A DNA stretch of 64,000 nt, taken from assembly GCF_009914755.1 (NCBI RefSeq), contig NC_060947.1; one strand, given 5' to 3'. Below are positions 1-12,859 of the stretch, piece after piece. The notes below the pieces were generated by a model that was given only the letters and a program-made list of their open reading frames with translations, searched no databases and was not told the DNA's origin. The position numbers and the translations under genes are program-made. Each line of letters opens with the position of its first letter. The first letter of the stretch is position 1. The stretch is from the human T2T-CHM13v2.0 reference genome, Homo sapiens.

Positions 1-140
1 TTTTCTTTCCTCTTCCCCCACCCCCCTCTCTCCTTTCTCTCTCTTTCTTTCTTTCTTCCTTTCTTTCTTCTTTCCTTCTTTCTGTCTCTCTCCCTCCCTC
101 TCTGTCTCCCTCTCCTTCTTTATTTCTCTCTCTCTCTGTC
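1..140. repeat. Pyrimidine-rich low-complexity/(TTTC)n-(CT)n simple repeat
   Basis: Runs of tttc and ctct at the window start. Confidence 0.85.
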
Positions 141-555
141 TTGCCATCCCTCATGTCTATTGCATTGTCTGAACCAATCAGAGAAAACCACAAAATTCCC
201 TTTGCAGAGCTCTATGTGATCAGTTTCTCACAACCACAGACCCAGAGCATAAATAGCCAAAGTGAGGAGGGAAGTGTCAGAGTTAATAAATTCTGCCTTT
301 TAGGCAACTATTAGTATTTACCTTACTTGTCATGTCCAATAGGACCATCAAATAAACAACTGTCATTTGTGGTGCACAGATTAGCACCAACTAACACTGA
401 CTTAATTCACCATTATTAAAAATGATGCCCACTCCAGACAAGAAGTAAAGGAACCATGACTCTCTGGCCTGTAGTCAAAGGCAGGGGAACGTTCTGAGAG
501 TTCTTTAACATACATCACTGTGAGTGGTCAAACTTGTCATAGGGGCTCATATTAA

Positions 556-930
<375 letters not shown>

Positions 931-2519
931 GAGTATTGTTTATTTAGAATAAAACTATTCCCATACTGTCACACTCATCTCAGCCTGAGACAGACCTTGT
1001 GTATCTTAATTCACTTTTCTTCTCCCTACTCCAAATTGTATATCAAGTAATAAGAAGAAAAATACCGTGTACAAACTACTGGTTTGGAATACATAGCCAG
1101 AGCAATAAGAATACAAAAATAAATGAGAGCTATGAATAAGGAAAAGAAAGAGACAATACTCAGTGACCACATGATCATCTACATATGTGATGTCAGATCA
1201 CCTGAAAAGATTGGGGACTCACAGAATCATGTGGCCCTACCCTTCCTTGGAGAAAGCCAATCTATTAGAACCAAAGTTACAGCAGAGGCAAAGTCTGGCT
1301 GGTAAAGAAATGGAATAGACCAACTGGCTTTATTTTGACCACCCACCACTTGTCCTGGGCCCCCTGCCTTGAGCTACAACTTCCTGATCTCTCATCACTT
1401 CAGGGCAAGGAGCCATTCTCTGCAAAGTTTGCGGAAGAAAAACTGTTAAAGAGATTGCAGGGATTTGGCATTTCCCAGGAAGCCTTGAATTAATGAGACA
1501 GGAACCAAGATGTGAAGCCCCATGTAGGAGGACTGAGGATACCATCATCCCAGAATATTGGAGGTCCAACAGAGACCAGCCTGTGGCTGCTCTCAGACTT
1601 AGAGGGCCACAGGCAGGGCTGAGGCTGAGCATCTCCACAATTATCCTTCAAGGTTCTCAGGAGCATGAGAGATTTCAGGAAGACAAACTCAGGTCAGTAG
1701 AGGAAGGACTGTGAGCTTCTGATAGATACCAAGGTGATGACCCTGAATTAAGAATAAAGGAAGGAACAAGCCAGAACAGTGGGGTCCCATAGAGTCCTGC
1801 CCTGGCTGACAGCCCTTGTCGTTCAGGAATAGTCATTGGTAGATTTGGCTCATCCTGATTACAACTCTGTAGTCCCAGGAAGGTGAAGACCTTGATCAGA
1901 GGGGAGCAGCCTCAAGTCCCATGAGGATCGAGTTCCAGGACTAGTCAGGTGTCAAGGTGAGGAATTTCAGGGAGCAATTAGAAAACCACACATCCATACT
2001 AGAACAGAGGAAGACACAAAAACTCTTACCTCCACCAACCCACATCTCCCTTTCCCTGCACCGCCGCTGCCACACCATCCCATCCCCACTCCTGTCACAC
2101 CATCCTTACCTCTCCTGTGACTTGGGAAGCTCAGGAAGAGCTGTCAGGTTGAGGTGACTGTCATTTCGGCCTGGAGGGTCTCAGGGAAGGGAGAATCTTG
2201 GTCTGGTGGGGGAAGCCCCAGCTGTGCATAGTGGAGCCCCAGAAACTGACTCAAATCAAGGTGAGGACCGAGAGTGACATAAGGGAATGGTTATCAGCAA
2301 AAAATAAAAACAAAAATAAAAAAATGCTTAATCTTGTCAGCCATAGCAAAGACCTCAGCTGAGGACCCCTTTTTTTCTGCTTAGATGCTCTAACGAGGGT
2401 AGTGACTCTGTCTAAAGGCAAAAGCACAGTTCAGCTGAGGGAGGAGAACTGGACACTCATTGGAGTCCCGGAGAGGACACTGAGTACACTGGAGAGGACT
2501 TCTATGCAAAAAGGGGGCC

Positions 2520-2686
2520 CGAGCAGAGCCCCGCCCCGCTTTCAGCCCTGGGAGACCCAGCAGGGACTTGATTGGATGTGGCTCACTCCGACATCCGCCC
2601 GCCTGGGAAGCTGCCGGAAGTGAGGATCTTCGTCTGAGGGACGCCACCTCAGGCTACCAGAACCCCAAGACTGGTTGGGTATCAAG
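2520..2686 (+). promoter_or_regulatory. Probable MAGEB17 promoter and non-coding first exon (CpG-rich)
   Basis: GC box ccccgccccg 2529-2538, inverted CCAAT (attgg 2571-2575), ETS site CCGGAAGT 2614-2621, strong donor AAG|GTAAGG at 2686/2687. CpG-containing ETS sites are the established architecture of methylation-controlled MAGE promoters. Confidence 0.65.
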
Positions 2687-2961
2687 GTAAGGACCCTGAT
2701 CGTGGACTGAAAGGCCCACCACACGCAGCCAAGGCGACCACCCTGTGTCCCCCAACCCCCGCCCCCGGGTACCCACCTCCCTCAGCCGCGGGAGGCTCCA
2801 GTCAGGCTGTGGCACTGACTTCTGAGAGGGCACCAGGGAGGGGAGGGTTTGGTGTGAGGGTGAGGCTTCGATTCTGCAGAGGGATGGACTCCTAGGCCCT
2901 AATCGAAATGAGGTCCCTGATGCTGATGAGGAGACCTCTCCCAAACATGGGAGGCCCACGA

Positions 2962-3272
2962 GGCGGGCATGGTAGCTCACACCTGTGATCCCAGTGCTTT
3001 GGGAGGCTGAGGCGGGAGGATTACCCGAGCCCAGCAGTTCCAGACCAGTCTGAGTAACAAAGCGAGACCCTCTCTCTCCAAGAAAGAAAAGAACAAAAAC
3101 TAGCGGGACATGGTGGCCGGCGCCTGTGGCCCCAGCGACTCGGGAGGCTGAGGCAGGAGGATCGCTTGAGCCCAGCAGGTCGAAGCTGCAGTGAGCCATG
3201 GTCACGCCATGAGCGTGGCGACAGAGTGAGACCCCGTGTCTGTCACAAAGAAAAAAAAAAAAAAAGGAAAAA
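2962..3272 (+). mobile_element. AluJ-type element in the MAGE upstream array/intron
   Basis: J-type diagnostics (ggatcgcttgagccc...ggtcga.gctgcagtgagcc), polyA tail about 3247-3272, small deletion in the right arm. Confidence 0.9.
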
Positions 3273-5220
3273 GCAAGAGAGCCAGGGAGAGCCAGAGAGC
3301 CAGGTTTCTGCTGCCCTGTTGTCAGCTCTGGGAGACCCCGTGCAGGCATAGCCAGACGGGGCATGCCGTGACTTTTCCCTCTAGCAACTTTGGGACGTGA
3401 GAGCTTGGGCCTGGGCCTGGCTGACTCAGGTCAGTGGAGCGACCTGAGTCGCGTCCCAAAGAGTTGGAGGTCCCACCCTGAGCCAGGTTCAGAACCCTGA
3501 GGCAGAGCAGTGGGGTCCCCTATAGTCCCACCCCTGCTGTCACGCCTTGAAGGCCCTAAACAGCCTTGAGAGGATGTGGCTTACCCTGAATGTCCAAATC
3601 TGAGGTCGCATTGAAGCAAGGATCTTGCTTTGAAGGGTGTTGCCTGTAGTGAGCTGAGGATGGAGTCCCAGGACTGGTCAAGTAGCAAGGTGAAGATCCT
3701 GAGCCCTCAGTAGACAGGGCTGCACGGAGCGTTTCAGCAGAGGGCTTTGGTTGCAAGACTGGCTGCCCCAGGTCAGCGGAGAAAGGAGTCCCAGGCTCTG
3801 TGGGGAGTGAAGGTAAAAAAAAACCCTGCGTGAGGAGGGAGGAAAATGGCCATTCCAAAACACAGGAGACCACATAGAGTCTCAGCTCTGCTGTGCGCCC
3901 TGGGAAACCATGGGCAGAGCCATTAGCATTTGGTGACCCCTCGTGTCCTGAAGGGGTCAGGGTGGCGTTTCAGAGAAGTGGCTCTTTTGCACCAATGGGC
4001 GAGGCCCCATTCATGGTGGGGTGGGAAGGAGGACTTAGTCCCTGGTGGGAGTCAAGGGGAGAACACTGAATGAGAAGAGGGAGCCCTTCCCAGGGAGAAG
4101 TAGGCCACATAGAGCACCACCCCTACTGTCACCTCTGGGAGACCCAGGCACGTTGGCATGGTGAGTGGCATTTCCTCCCAGGGCATCTCAGGGAGGTGAA
4201 GAGCCTGGGTAAAAGGGACAGCCTCAAGACAGCTGCTGGAGGTTGTTAAGCTCTTGCCAGGAGTCAAGGTGAAGACCCTGAGGACCAAGGGGACCACCCA
4301 TTTGTAACTGTGGGGCCAACACAGAAAATCTCCACTGCTCCCAGTCTTGGGACATGATGAGCATTTGTGGCCAGCTGAGGTGACCGTCACTACTTCCTAG
4401 GGGTATTTCAGAATGGAGGGGCTGGTATGAGGTAATAAGTCTCAGGTTAAGACAGGAGTGTTTTCCGGGTAATGATGGGAATCAGGGTTAAGACTCTGAG
4501 TGAGAGCTGAGGAGAGCACTCACCTGGATCCGGGGGCACCACAAAGGCTGGCTTCCCTCTCAGGCCTGGGAAACCTCAGGAGAGGGAGTCGGATAGAGGG
4601 CCCCTCACTTCTAGCCTATGGGGGCTCAGAGTGGACAGGGCCTGGGGCTGAGGCTGGAGGAATCTGGTGGGCTGAGCGACATGTCCCACATTCTGCCTAA
4701 GTGAGGACTAACAGGGCCACCGAACCCAGAACATCAGAGGCTCTGAGAGTCCAGACCCTGCTACCAGTCCAGAAAGGCCATGAACAGGGGTGGCTGGAGG
4801 GGACTCATGCTTTCTTTCCCCTTGGGGTGGGGGTGAGGTCTCAGGAAGGTGAGGGCCTTGACCTGAAGGGAAGGGCCTCAGATAGTGAGGACCCTGAGGA
4901 GCGTGGAGCCACCGACCCCAAATTAGTAAGAGGACCTCAGGATCCCTCCCTATGTCAGAGGTTTGAGGCCCCAGACAGGGATGTCAAGCCCAGATGGCCT
5001 CAGTTTCCCCTCAGAGGAAACAGAGAAGTAAGGATCTTGGTCTCAGGCAGGGCTGGCAGGCTGCAGGGCAAGGAGCACTGTAACTTCCTCCCCAGGGTCC
5101 CCAGGGGACAGGCTGCCCTGGAGAACAGGAGCCTGGTGGGGCTATGGAGCAGGGTCCTCAAGGACACCTGCATGGAGGCCTCCTTAAGGTGATATCTCCC
5201 CACTGAGGGGCTCACACACT

Positions 5221-5238
5221 CTGTTCCTCCTGCTCCAG
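5221..5238 (+). promoter_or_regulatory. Splice acceptor of the terminal coding exon
   Basis: ctgttcctcctgctccAG|gtgccc; the exon starts at 5239 and leads to the MAGE-typical agtcatcATG at 5288. Confidence 0.75.
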
Positions 5239-5287
5239 GTGCCCACCTCCTGCACCCTCTTGCCTGCTGCCCCTAAGCACAGTCATC

Positions 5288-6298
5288 ATGCCTCGCGGTC
5301 AGGCGAGTAAGCGCCGTGCCCGTGAGAAACGCCGCCAGGCTCGAGGTGAAGACCAATGTCTCGGGGGTGCTCAAGCCACCGCAGCAGAGAAGGAAAAGCT
5401 GCCATCCTCCTCCTCTCCTGCATGCCAGAGTCCTCCCCAGAGCTTCCCCAATGCAGGCATTCCTCAGGAGTCCCAGAGAGCCAGCTACCCCAGCTCTCCT
5501 GCTTCAGCTGTTTCACTCACAAGTTCTGATGAAGGTGCCAAGGGCCAAAAGGGGGAAAGTCCCAACTCCTTCCATGGCCCGTCCTCCTCTGAGAGCACAG
5601 GAAGAGATCTTCTGAACACGAAGACGGGCGAATTGGTGCAGTTCCTCCTCAACAAGTATATAAGGAAAGAGCCCATTACGAGGGAAGCCATGCTGAAGGT
5701 TATCAACAGAAAGTACAAGCAGCACTTCCCTGAGATCCTCCGGAGAAGCACTGAGAACGTAGAGGTGGTCTTTGGCCTCTACCTGAAGGAAATGGACCCC
5801 AGCCGTCAGTCCTATGTGCTTGTTGGCAAGCTGGACTTTCCCAATCAAGGAAGCTTGAGCGATGGCGGGGGCTTTCCCCTGAGCGGGCTCCTGATGGTTC
5901 TCCTGAGCACCATCTTCATGCATGGCAACCGTGCCACTGAGGAAGAGATGTGGGAATGCCTGAATGCATTGGGGATGTATAAGGGTAGGAAGCACTTCAT
6001 CTATGGGGAGCCCCAGGAGCTTGTCACCAAAGATTTGGTGCGAGAGGGGTACCTGGAGTACCAGCAGGTGCCCAGCAGCGATCCTCCACGCTACGAGTTC
6101 CTGTGGGGTCCCAGGGCCCGTGCTGAAACCAGCAAAATGAAAGTCCTGGAGTTTGTGGCCAAGCTCAATGATACCGTTGCCAGTACCTACAAGTCCCGGT
6201 ATGAGGAGGCTCTGAGAGAGGAGGAAGAGCAAGCCAGAGCCAGAGCGGTAGCCAGGGATAGCGCCAGGGCCAGGGCTAGCAGGTCCTTTCAGCCCTAG
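5288..6298 (+). CDS. MAGEB17: Melanoma-associated antigen B17 (MAGE family, type I cancer/testis protein), 336 aa, CDS in one exon
   Basis: MAGE-B N-terminus MPRGQASKRRAREKRRQARGE; MAGE homology domain (VQFLLNKY...KEPIT...HFPEIL...FIYGEP...YLEYQQVPSSDPPRYEFLWGPRA.AETSKMKVLEF); Ala/Arg-rich tail; good Kozak context atcATGc. Confidence 0.95.
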   Translation: MPRGQASKRRAREKRRQARGEDQCLGGAQATAAEKEKLPSSSSPACQSPPQSFPNAGIPQESQRASYPSSPASAVSLTSSDEGAKGQKGESPNSFHGPSSSESTGRDLLNTKTGELVQFLLNKYIRKEPITREAMLKVINRKYKQHFPEILRRSTENVEVVFGLYLKEMDPSRQSYVLVGKLDFPNQGSLSDGGGFPLSGLLMVLLSTIFMHGNRATEEEMWECLNALGMYKGRKHFIYGEPQELVTKDLVREGYLEYQQVPSSDPPRYEFLWGPRARAETSKMKVLEFVAKLNDTVASTYKSRYEEALREEEEQARARAVARDSARARASRSFQP

Positions 6299-6816
6299 TG
6301 AAGTCTCAGGCAATCCTCACTAAGAGATTGAAAAGCCTGTCCACCATCTCAGTATTTGGGGGTGAGGTGGGGAGCCCAAGACGTGTCTTTCTTTTGTTCT
6401 GGTTATTTGCAAGCCACTTATAGATTCCTCTTTCTCTTCTGTGTCTACCGCATGTTCCTTTGAAAGAGATTGACTTTGATTCAGAATCTAAGTTCATAAA
6501 TTAGGTGCCTCACACAATTATTGCTGTTTATCACATTGAAGAGTGATGTTCTTGTATTTTGTAAAACAAATTGGAAATTTTTACTTACTAGATTATGATC
6601 TAGTGCAAGAAGAAATAGCATTGGAATAGCGATTGGCTTTAAACTGTGAAACAACTGAACACTGCATCAGTTGGGATCACAAGATGGTGGGAAAAAAGTG
6701 TCGATTGATTGGCAACCTTTGACGTTTAAAAATCTTATTTCTTTAAGTCTTTTGTTGTGATAAAATGAAAAGCTATATACTCACAGTTGCTATGTGTATT
6801 CAAGAATGTTGGAGAA

Positions 6817-6832
6817 ATTAAATCATCATAAA
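6817..6832 (+). terminator. Probable poly(A) signal region of MAGEB17 (ATTAAA 6817-6822; CATAAA 6827-6832)
   Basis: gagaaATTAAAtcatCATAAAgg...cactggctctttt resembles the conserved MAGE 3' end; a T/GT-rich stretch follows. Confidence 0.55.
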
Positions 6833-6865
6833 GGAGAACACTTGCTCACTGGCTCTTTTGTTCCT

Positions 6866-7261
6866 TGTGCTAGGCAGTTCTTGTGTTGCTCTAAAGGCAT
6901 ACCTGAGACTGGGTAATTGCTAAAGAAAAGAGGTTGACTTGCTCACAGTTCACCAGGCTATGAGCGTGGCACCAGCAACTGCTTCTGGGGAGGTCTTGGG
7001 GAGCTTTTCCTCATGCCAGGAGGGGAAGGTGGTGCAGGCATGTCACGTGGCAACAGTGGGAGGAAAGACAGCCAAGCAGAGCGGGGGTGGGAGGTGCCAC
7101 ATGCTTTCAAATGACCAGAGATAGGGGAAGTCGCTCACTATGGCCAGGGCAGCACCATGCCATGAGGGACCTCCAAACACCTCCCACCAGGCCCTACCTC
7201 CAACACTGGGAATTATATCTCAACATGACATTTAGAAGGGACAAACATCTGAATTATGTCA
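6866..7261 (-). mobile_element. MaLR solo LTR (MST-like)
   Basis: tgtg.tagg...gttgct.taaag...acctgagactgggtaatt...cacctcccaccaggcc...ggacaaacatc...atgtca matches the reverse complement of THE1/MST LTRs. Confidence 0.85.
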
Positions 7262-8218
7262 TTCACCAAACATGAATTGAACATCTGCTCTTTGACAGTC
7301 TTCATGCTAGTTCTGGGAAAGCACAGACAAAGAAGACCCAGCCCCTCACAATGATATTTTAGAATCCAAGAGCAGCTCTCCTATTAGGAACACGGTGGGG
7401 TTGGGGTGGGATGCGCGGAAGAGACACATTGGAATACCTAAGGGGCAATCAAGGTACTGGAGAGGAGGGAGGAGATTCAAGATAGGATCCTCCCTGCATT
7501 GCCCCTCCTCTACTATAAATGCCCTGGGACAGGGCAGGCTGGGAACTTGAGACACTGCCAGTCCCTCAGTAGGAGGGCATTTCAAGTTAGCCTGCATCAG
7601 GGGCTAGATGAGGCTGTTGTTGAAATGGTGAGCAGAGACCAGACCCTCAGGTGGTGGGTTTCAGAGTGGACAGACTAGGCCTTCAAGGGAAAAGTGGTCC
7701 CACCAGTTCCTTGGGGATGAGGTAGACCAGAGGGACATCCCCACCTGGGGCAGGATTGGAAGGACTCCTGTGCTGTGTCCCCATGCCAGTGAGCACAGTG
7801 CACTATATAGATGGTTTGCCTGCTGTGTTAGGTTGTTTCTGAGAATGAGGGTGATGCTCCCTTCAGGTAGGATGTCCAGCAGCCACTGGCCTGGTCCTTT
7901 TGTCCCTGGCCTGGGGGAGCCAGACTGCTCCATTAAAAGGGAATGGAAAGGAGGTGTACTGCATAGGATGGCCAGTTCTTTGCGTAGTCCAGAGTTTTGG
8001 TGGTGGCGAATGAAACTAGGGATGGGTTCAACGCAAGGGCAGCTGGGAGGGAGGAAAGGTGTTTGTCCTCTGCACACCTTCTAGCGTCTTCGTGGTGCAT
8101 CTGACTGGGGAAGTCTTCTTCACACCCAGTTAAAATGACTGATCCTCTCATGGGGAATCATTACTCAGTTGGATTTAGCAAGCAGCATTTTGGCTCATTT
8201 GGTTTTCTTTGTAATAGA

Positions 8219-10058
<1,840 letters not shown>

Positions 10059-11044
10059 ATGAAGTGGGCTTTTCTCCCTGCCTTTTCAGCTGCCCAGAGC
10101 CAGCTTCTTTAAATACCCATGAGCATCCTTTTCCAGAGATTACAAAGTGAAGATGCAGACATATTTATTTTCAAACTTCCCACAAAGGAACTCATTCTTT
10201 ATCTCTTGGCTAGTTATTGAAAGCATCTGGACCAAGGATATGCAAGACACCTTAAAGCTAGGACAGTTTTGCATCCAAAACTACAGGGTTACAGTTGTTG
10301 TTTGTCTTTTCAATTCCTTCAAAAATCAGTGCCTAGGGCAGGAATTTATAGCATTTGTTTACTCTGTTCCTATGTCCCTGAGGCAGAGCAGAGAGATAGA
10401 CAAATAAAAATTGGTTGTCCCACACAGCTCCCTTTCTTTCAAGGTGTCTCACAGACACCTTGATTGGACAGTGGCTTCTTGGGAACAGCCCAGGATAGAA
10501 ACACCACTCTCCCCAGTTAAGTCACTTCATGGGCTGGAGGGATTATGGAGCCCAGGGCACAGGAAGCACTGATTTTTTAAAAAATAATAATAACTGTTGT
10601 AATTAGATTAATTGCATATTCTAGGCATCTTTGTAATAAAATATGACATCTTTTCCTCTTTCCTGACAGATTAATGGTTCAGAGAATGATATTAAAAGCC
10701 AACTTTTTCTTAGCTCTGTGTCTCCTGGTTGCTCAGCCTCACTCTGTACTTATGGAATGATTTAAGTATTAGTTCAATAATTCATCATGAAGCAAACAGA
10801 ATAATGTTCCCACTTCACAAACCCAGAGAACTACACCGATTAGGTCATTTCACTTCTGCAGAGACTTGTTTTGATAAATTCAAATACCCAAAGGGCACAG
10901 ACATTAGCCTCGGTGGATTAATGGCTACTAATTCAATCTTGTGGAAAGAAAGCCTTACCAATGATTAGGTTTTCAATCTTGCAAGACCTGGAACAGCAAC
11001 TTCTCCAAGATTCTTTATTCCATACCATATGTAGCAAAGAAATA

Positions 11045-11232
11045 AGGTGGTTAATATAACAGAATTGGTGTGAGAACTTTGCTTACACTGAGTATGAATC
11101 CTTGGTCTACCACTTACTAGCTGGGTGACCTTGGATATGTTACTTAACCTCTCTGTGTCATATTTTCTATATCTATCACATTGTGATGATAATCCCTAAC
11201 TTACAAGATTGTTGTAAGAATTGCAAATGACA
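11045..11232 (+). mobile_element. MIR SINE
   Basis: Core ccacttactagctgggtgaccttggatatgttacttaacctctctgtg. Confidence 0.85.
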
Positions 11233-11950
11233 TGAAGAGATGCACAACTTAACTAGTAATTAAAGAAATCGAAAGCCAGACTGCAAAAAGATACCATTCT
11301 ACACCCACACAATTGGGAAAATAGGAAGCCTGACAATATCAAGTATTGAAAAGGAGATGAAACAATAGGTCTCTTATGTAATGTATCACTCATACATTGT
11401 ATATTGTTCCAAATGATTTGGAAAACAACATAACATTATATCATAAAGTTGAACATGTTTAAACTCTGTGAAACAGCAATTCTACTCCAAGGTATTTACC
11501 CAAAGGAAACTCTTGCACATGGTTATTCAAAAATATATACAAAAATCTTTGTACCAGCACCTTTCAAAATAGCAAAAATTTTTGAAACAACCCAAATGCC
11601 CATTGACAGGAGAATGAGTAAACTAATTATGATACATTCACACAATGGAATATTAAACAGCAGTGAAAATGATTGAATCACAACTACTTGCAACAATATG
11701 TTGAGTGAAGACCAAGTACAATATTCTTTCACAAAGTTCAGTGCAAGTCAAAACATGTATTTATATTAAAGCGAATGACGTGTCAAAACAAAACAAAAAG
11801 ACAACGGGACAATAAACACAAAATTAGTATAGTGGCTATCTCTGAGGGAGAGGGAGGATGGGAGAGGGGCAGAGCTCAGAGTTAAAGTAAGTTTTTGTTA
11901 TGTTTAAATTCCTGCGTTAAGTAGCAGGTTCATGGATGGTCATGGAATAA
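11233..11950 (+). mobile_element. Old L1 (L1ME/MC-like) 3' fragment
   Basis: gaaacaacccaaatgcccattgacaggagaatg...cacaatggaatatta is an L1 ORF2-end/3'UTR signature. Confidence 0.75.
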
Positions 11951-11981
11951 TCAATAACATGTATTATTAACATTATAAATG

Positions 11982-12288
11982 CAGGTGAGGTGGATCCAGG
12001 TTTTGTAGAGGCTTCTTTTGGAAAAATAATATGAAGTTATACACATTCAATATCCTTGGCCACTCCAGTGCTCCTTTAAATGAGGGGGAAGTGTGATGGG
12101 GAAGTAAGAATGGGAAGAGAGTGTTCTTAACTGATCCTGTTTAAAATATCTTTCTTTTGCAGATTTTACAAAACCTATATGGCCATGGCAACACATTGCT
12201 CATGTTCTGCAAGGGGCATGGAAGAGGCCTCTGCAATTGAGGGGCCCTGAAGTTTAAGCTTTAGTGGCTTCATGGTAAATGCATCTCT
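11982..12288 (-). mobile_element. Non-autonomous hAT-type DNA transposon (MER96B-like)
   Basis: gaggggccctgaagtttaagcttt...catggtaaatgcatctct end; clearly homologous to the reverse complement of 23187-23400. Confidence 0.6.
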
Positions 12289-12859
12289 AAGGAAGTTAGA
12301 TGTAAAGGGCACCAGATGGCTCTAGTCCGGGCTCTAAAACTAGAGCTGTGTATGGTCAGGCAGGTCACTTACCTCCTCTGAACCTCAGCTTCTTTCTCTG
12401 TGAAACGATGGATCAGGCAGTATCTTCAAACTTAAACACCCTGCAACTCTGTTAGTGAAGTTTATAGACTCATTTAATAGACACACACAGTGTGAAGTCT
12501 ATGTCATCAATATAATGTGTTTACAATGGGTTTTAAGTTAAAACTGTCATCTCCTATGTAGCCTGTGATAGTAGAATTTATACTGAAAAGGTTAATGGCA
12601 GCACAGAAGAGAGTTCTTTAGCACAGAATTTTTGTTCCCTCAGAATGTAAATATTTTAAAACATTATGAAAGTGCAAGACTATTTTAATGAGACAGGGAA
12701 AGTAAGTTATATATGAAAAGAGGAAACGGAAATAAAGTTAACCCCAATTAACATGCATGTTATCTTAAAAAGTTAAGACATTATAATGAATAATTACAGG
12801 TACTAATAAAAGAGTTCAATAAGAATGAAGGCTGATAATAAAAACAGACAAAAATTAAT

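Larger units (their letters stand above)
1500..5000 (+). repeat. Degenerate ~215-bp tandem array of MAGE-type promoter/non-coding first-exon units
   Basis: Motif tcaag|GTgaggaccctga recurs (donor-like at 1733, 1956, 2260, 2686, 3689, 3812, 4268, 4700, 4884), alternating with a ccctgctgtcagccctggga-like motif (about 1801, 2534, 3311, 3531, 3886, 4121, 4552). Most spacings are 200-225 bp. Confidence 0.7.

Noticed and set aside
2654-3364. 236-aa minus-strand ORF
   Set aside because: Largely antisense Alu translation plus GC-rich promoter sequence.
1500-5000. Regularly spaced conserved motifs superficially like a CRISPR array
   Set aside because: Eukaryotic locus; whole units are homologous rather than repeat plus unique spacer; no cas genes.
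5513-6313. 266-aa antisense ORF and other ORFs overlapping MAGEB17
   Set aside because: Shadow frames of a GC-rich CDS with no recognisable domain.
7505-7530. TATAAAT box downstream of MAGEB17
   Set aside because: No CpG island, ORF or other support; it lies in ordinary MAGE 3' flank.
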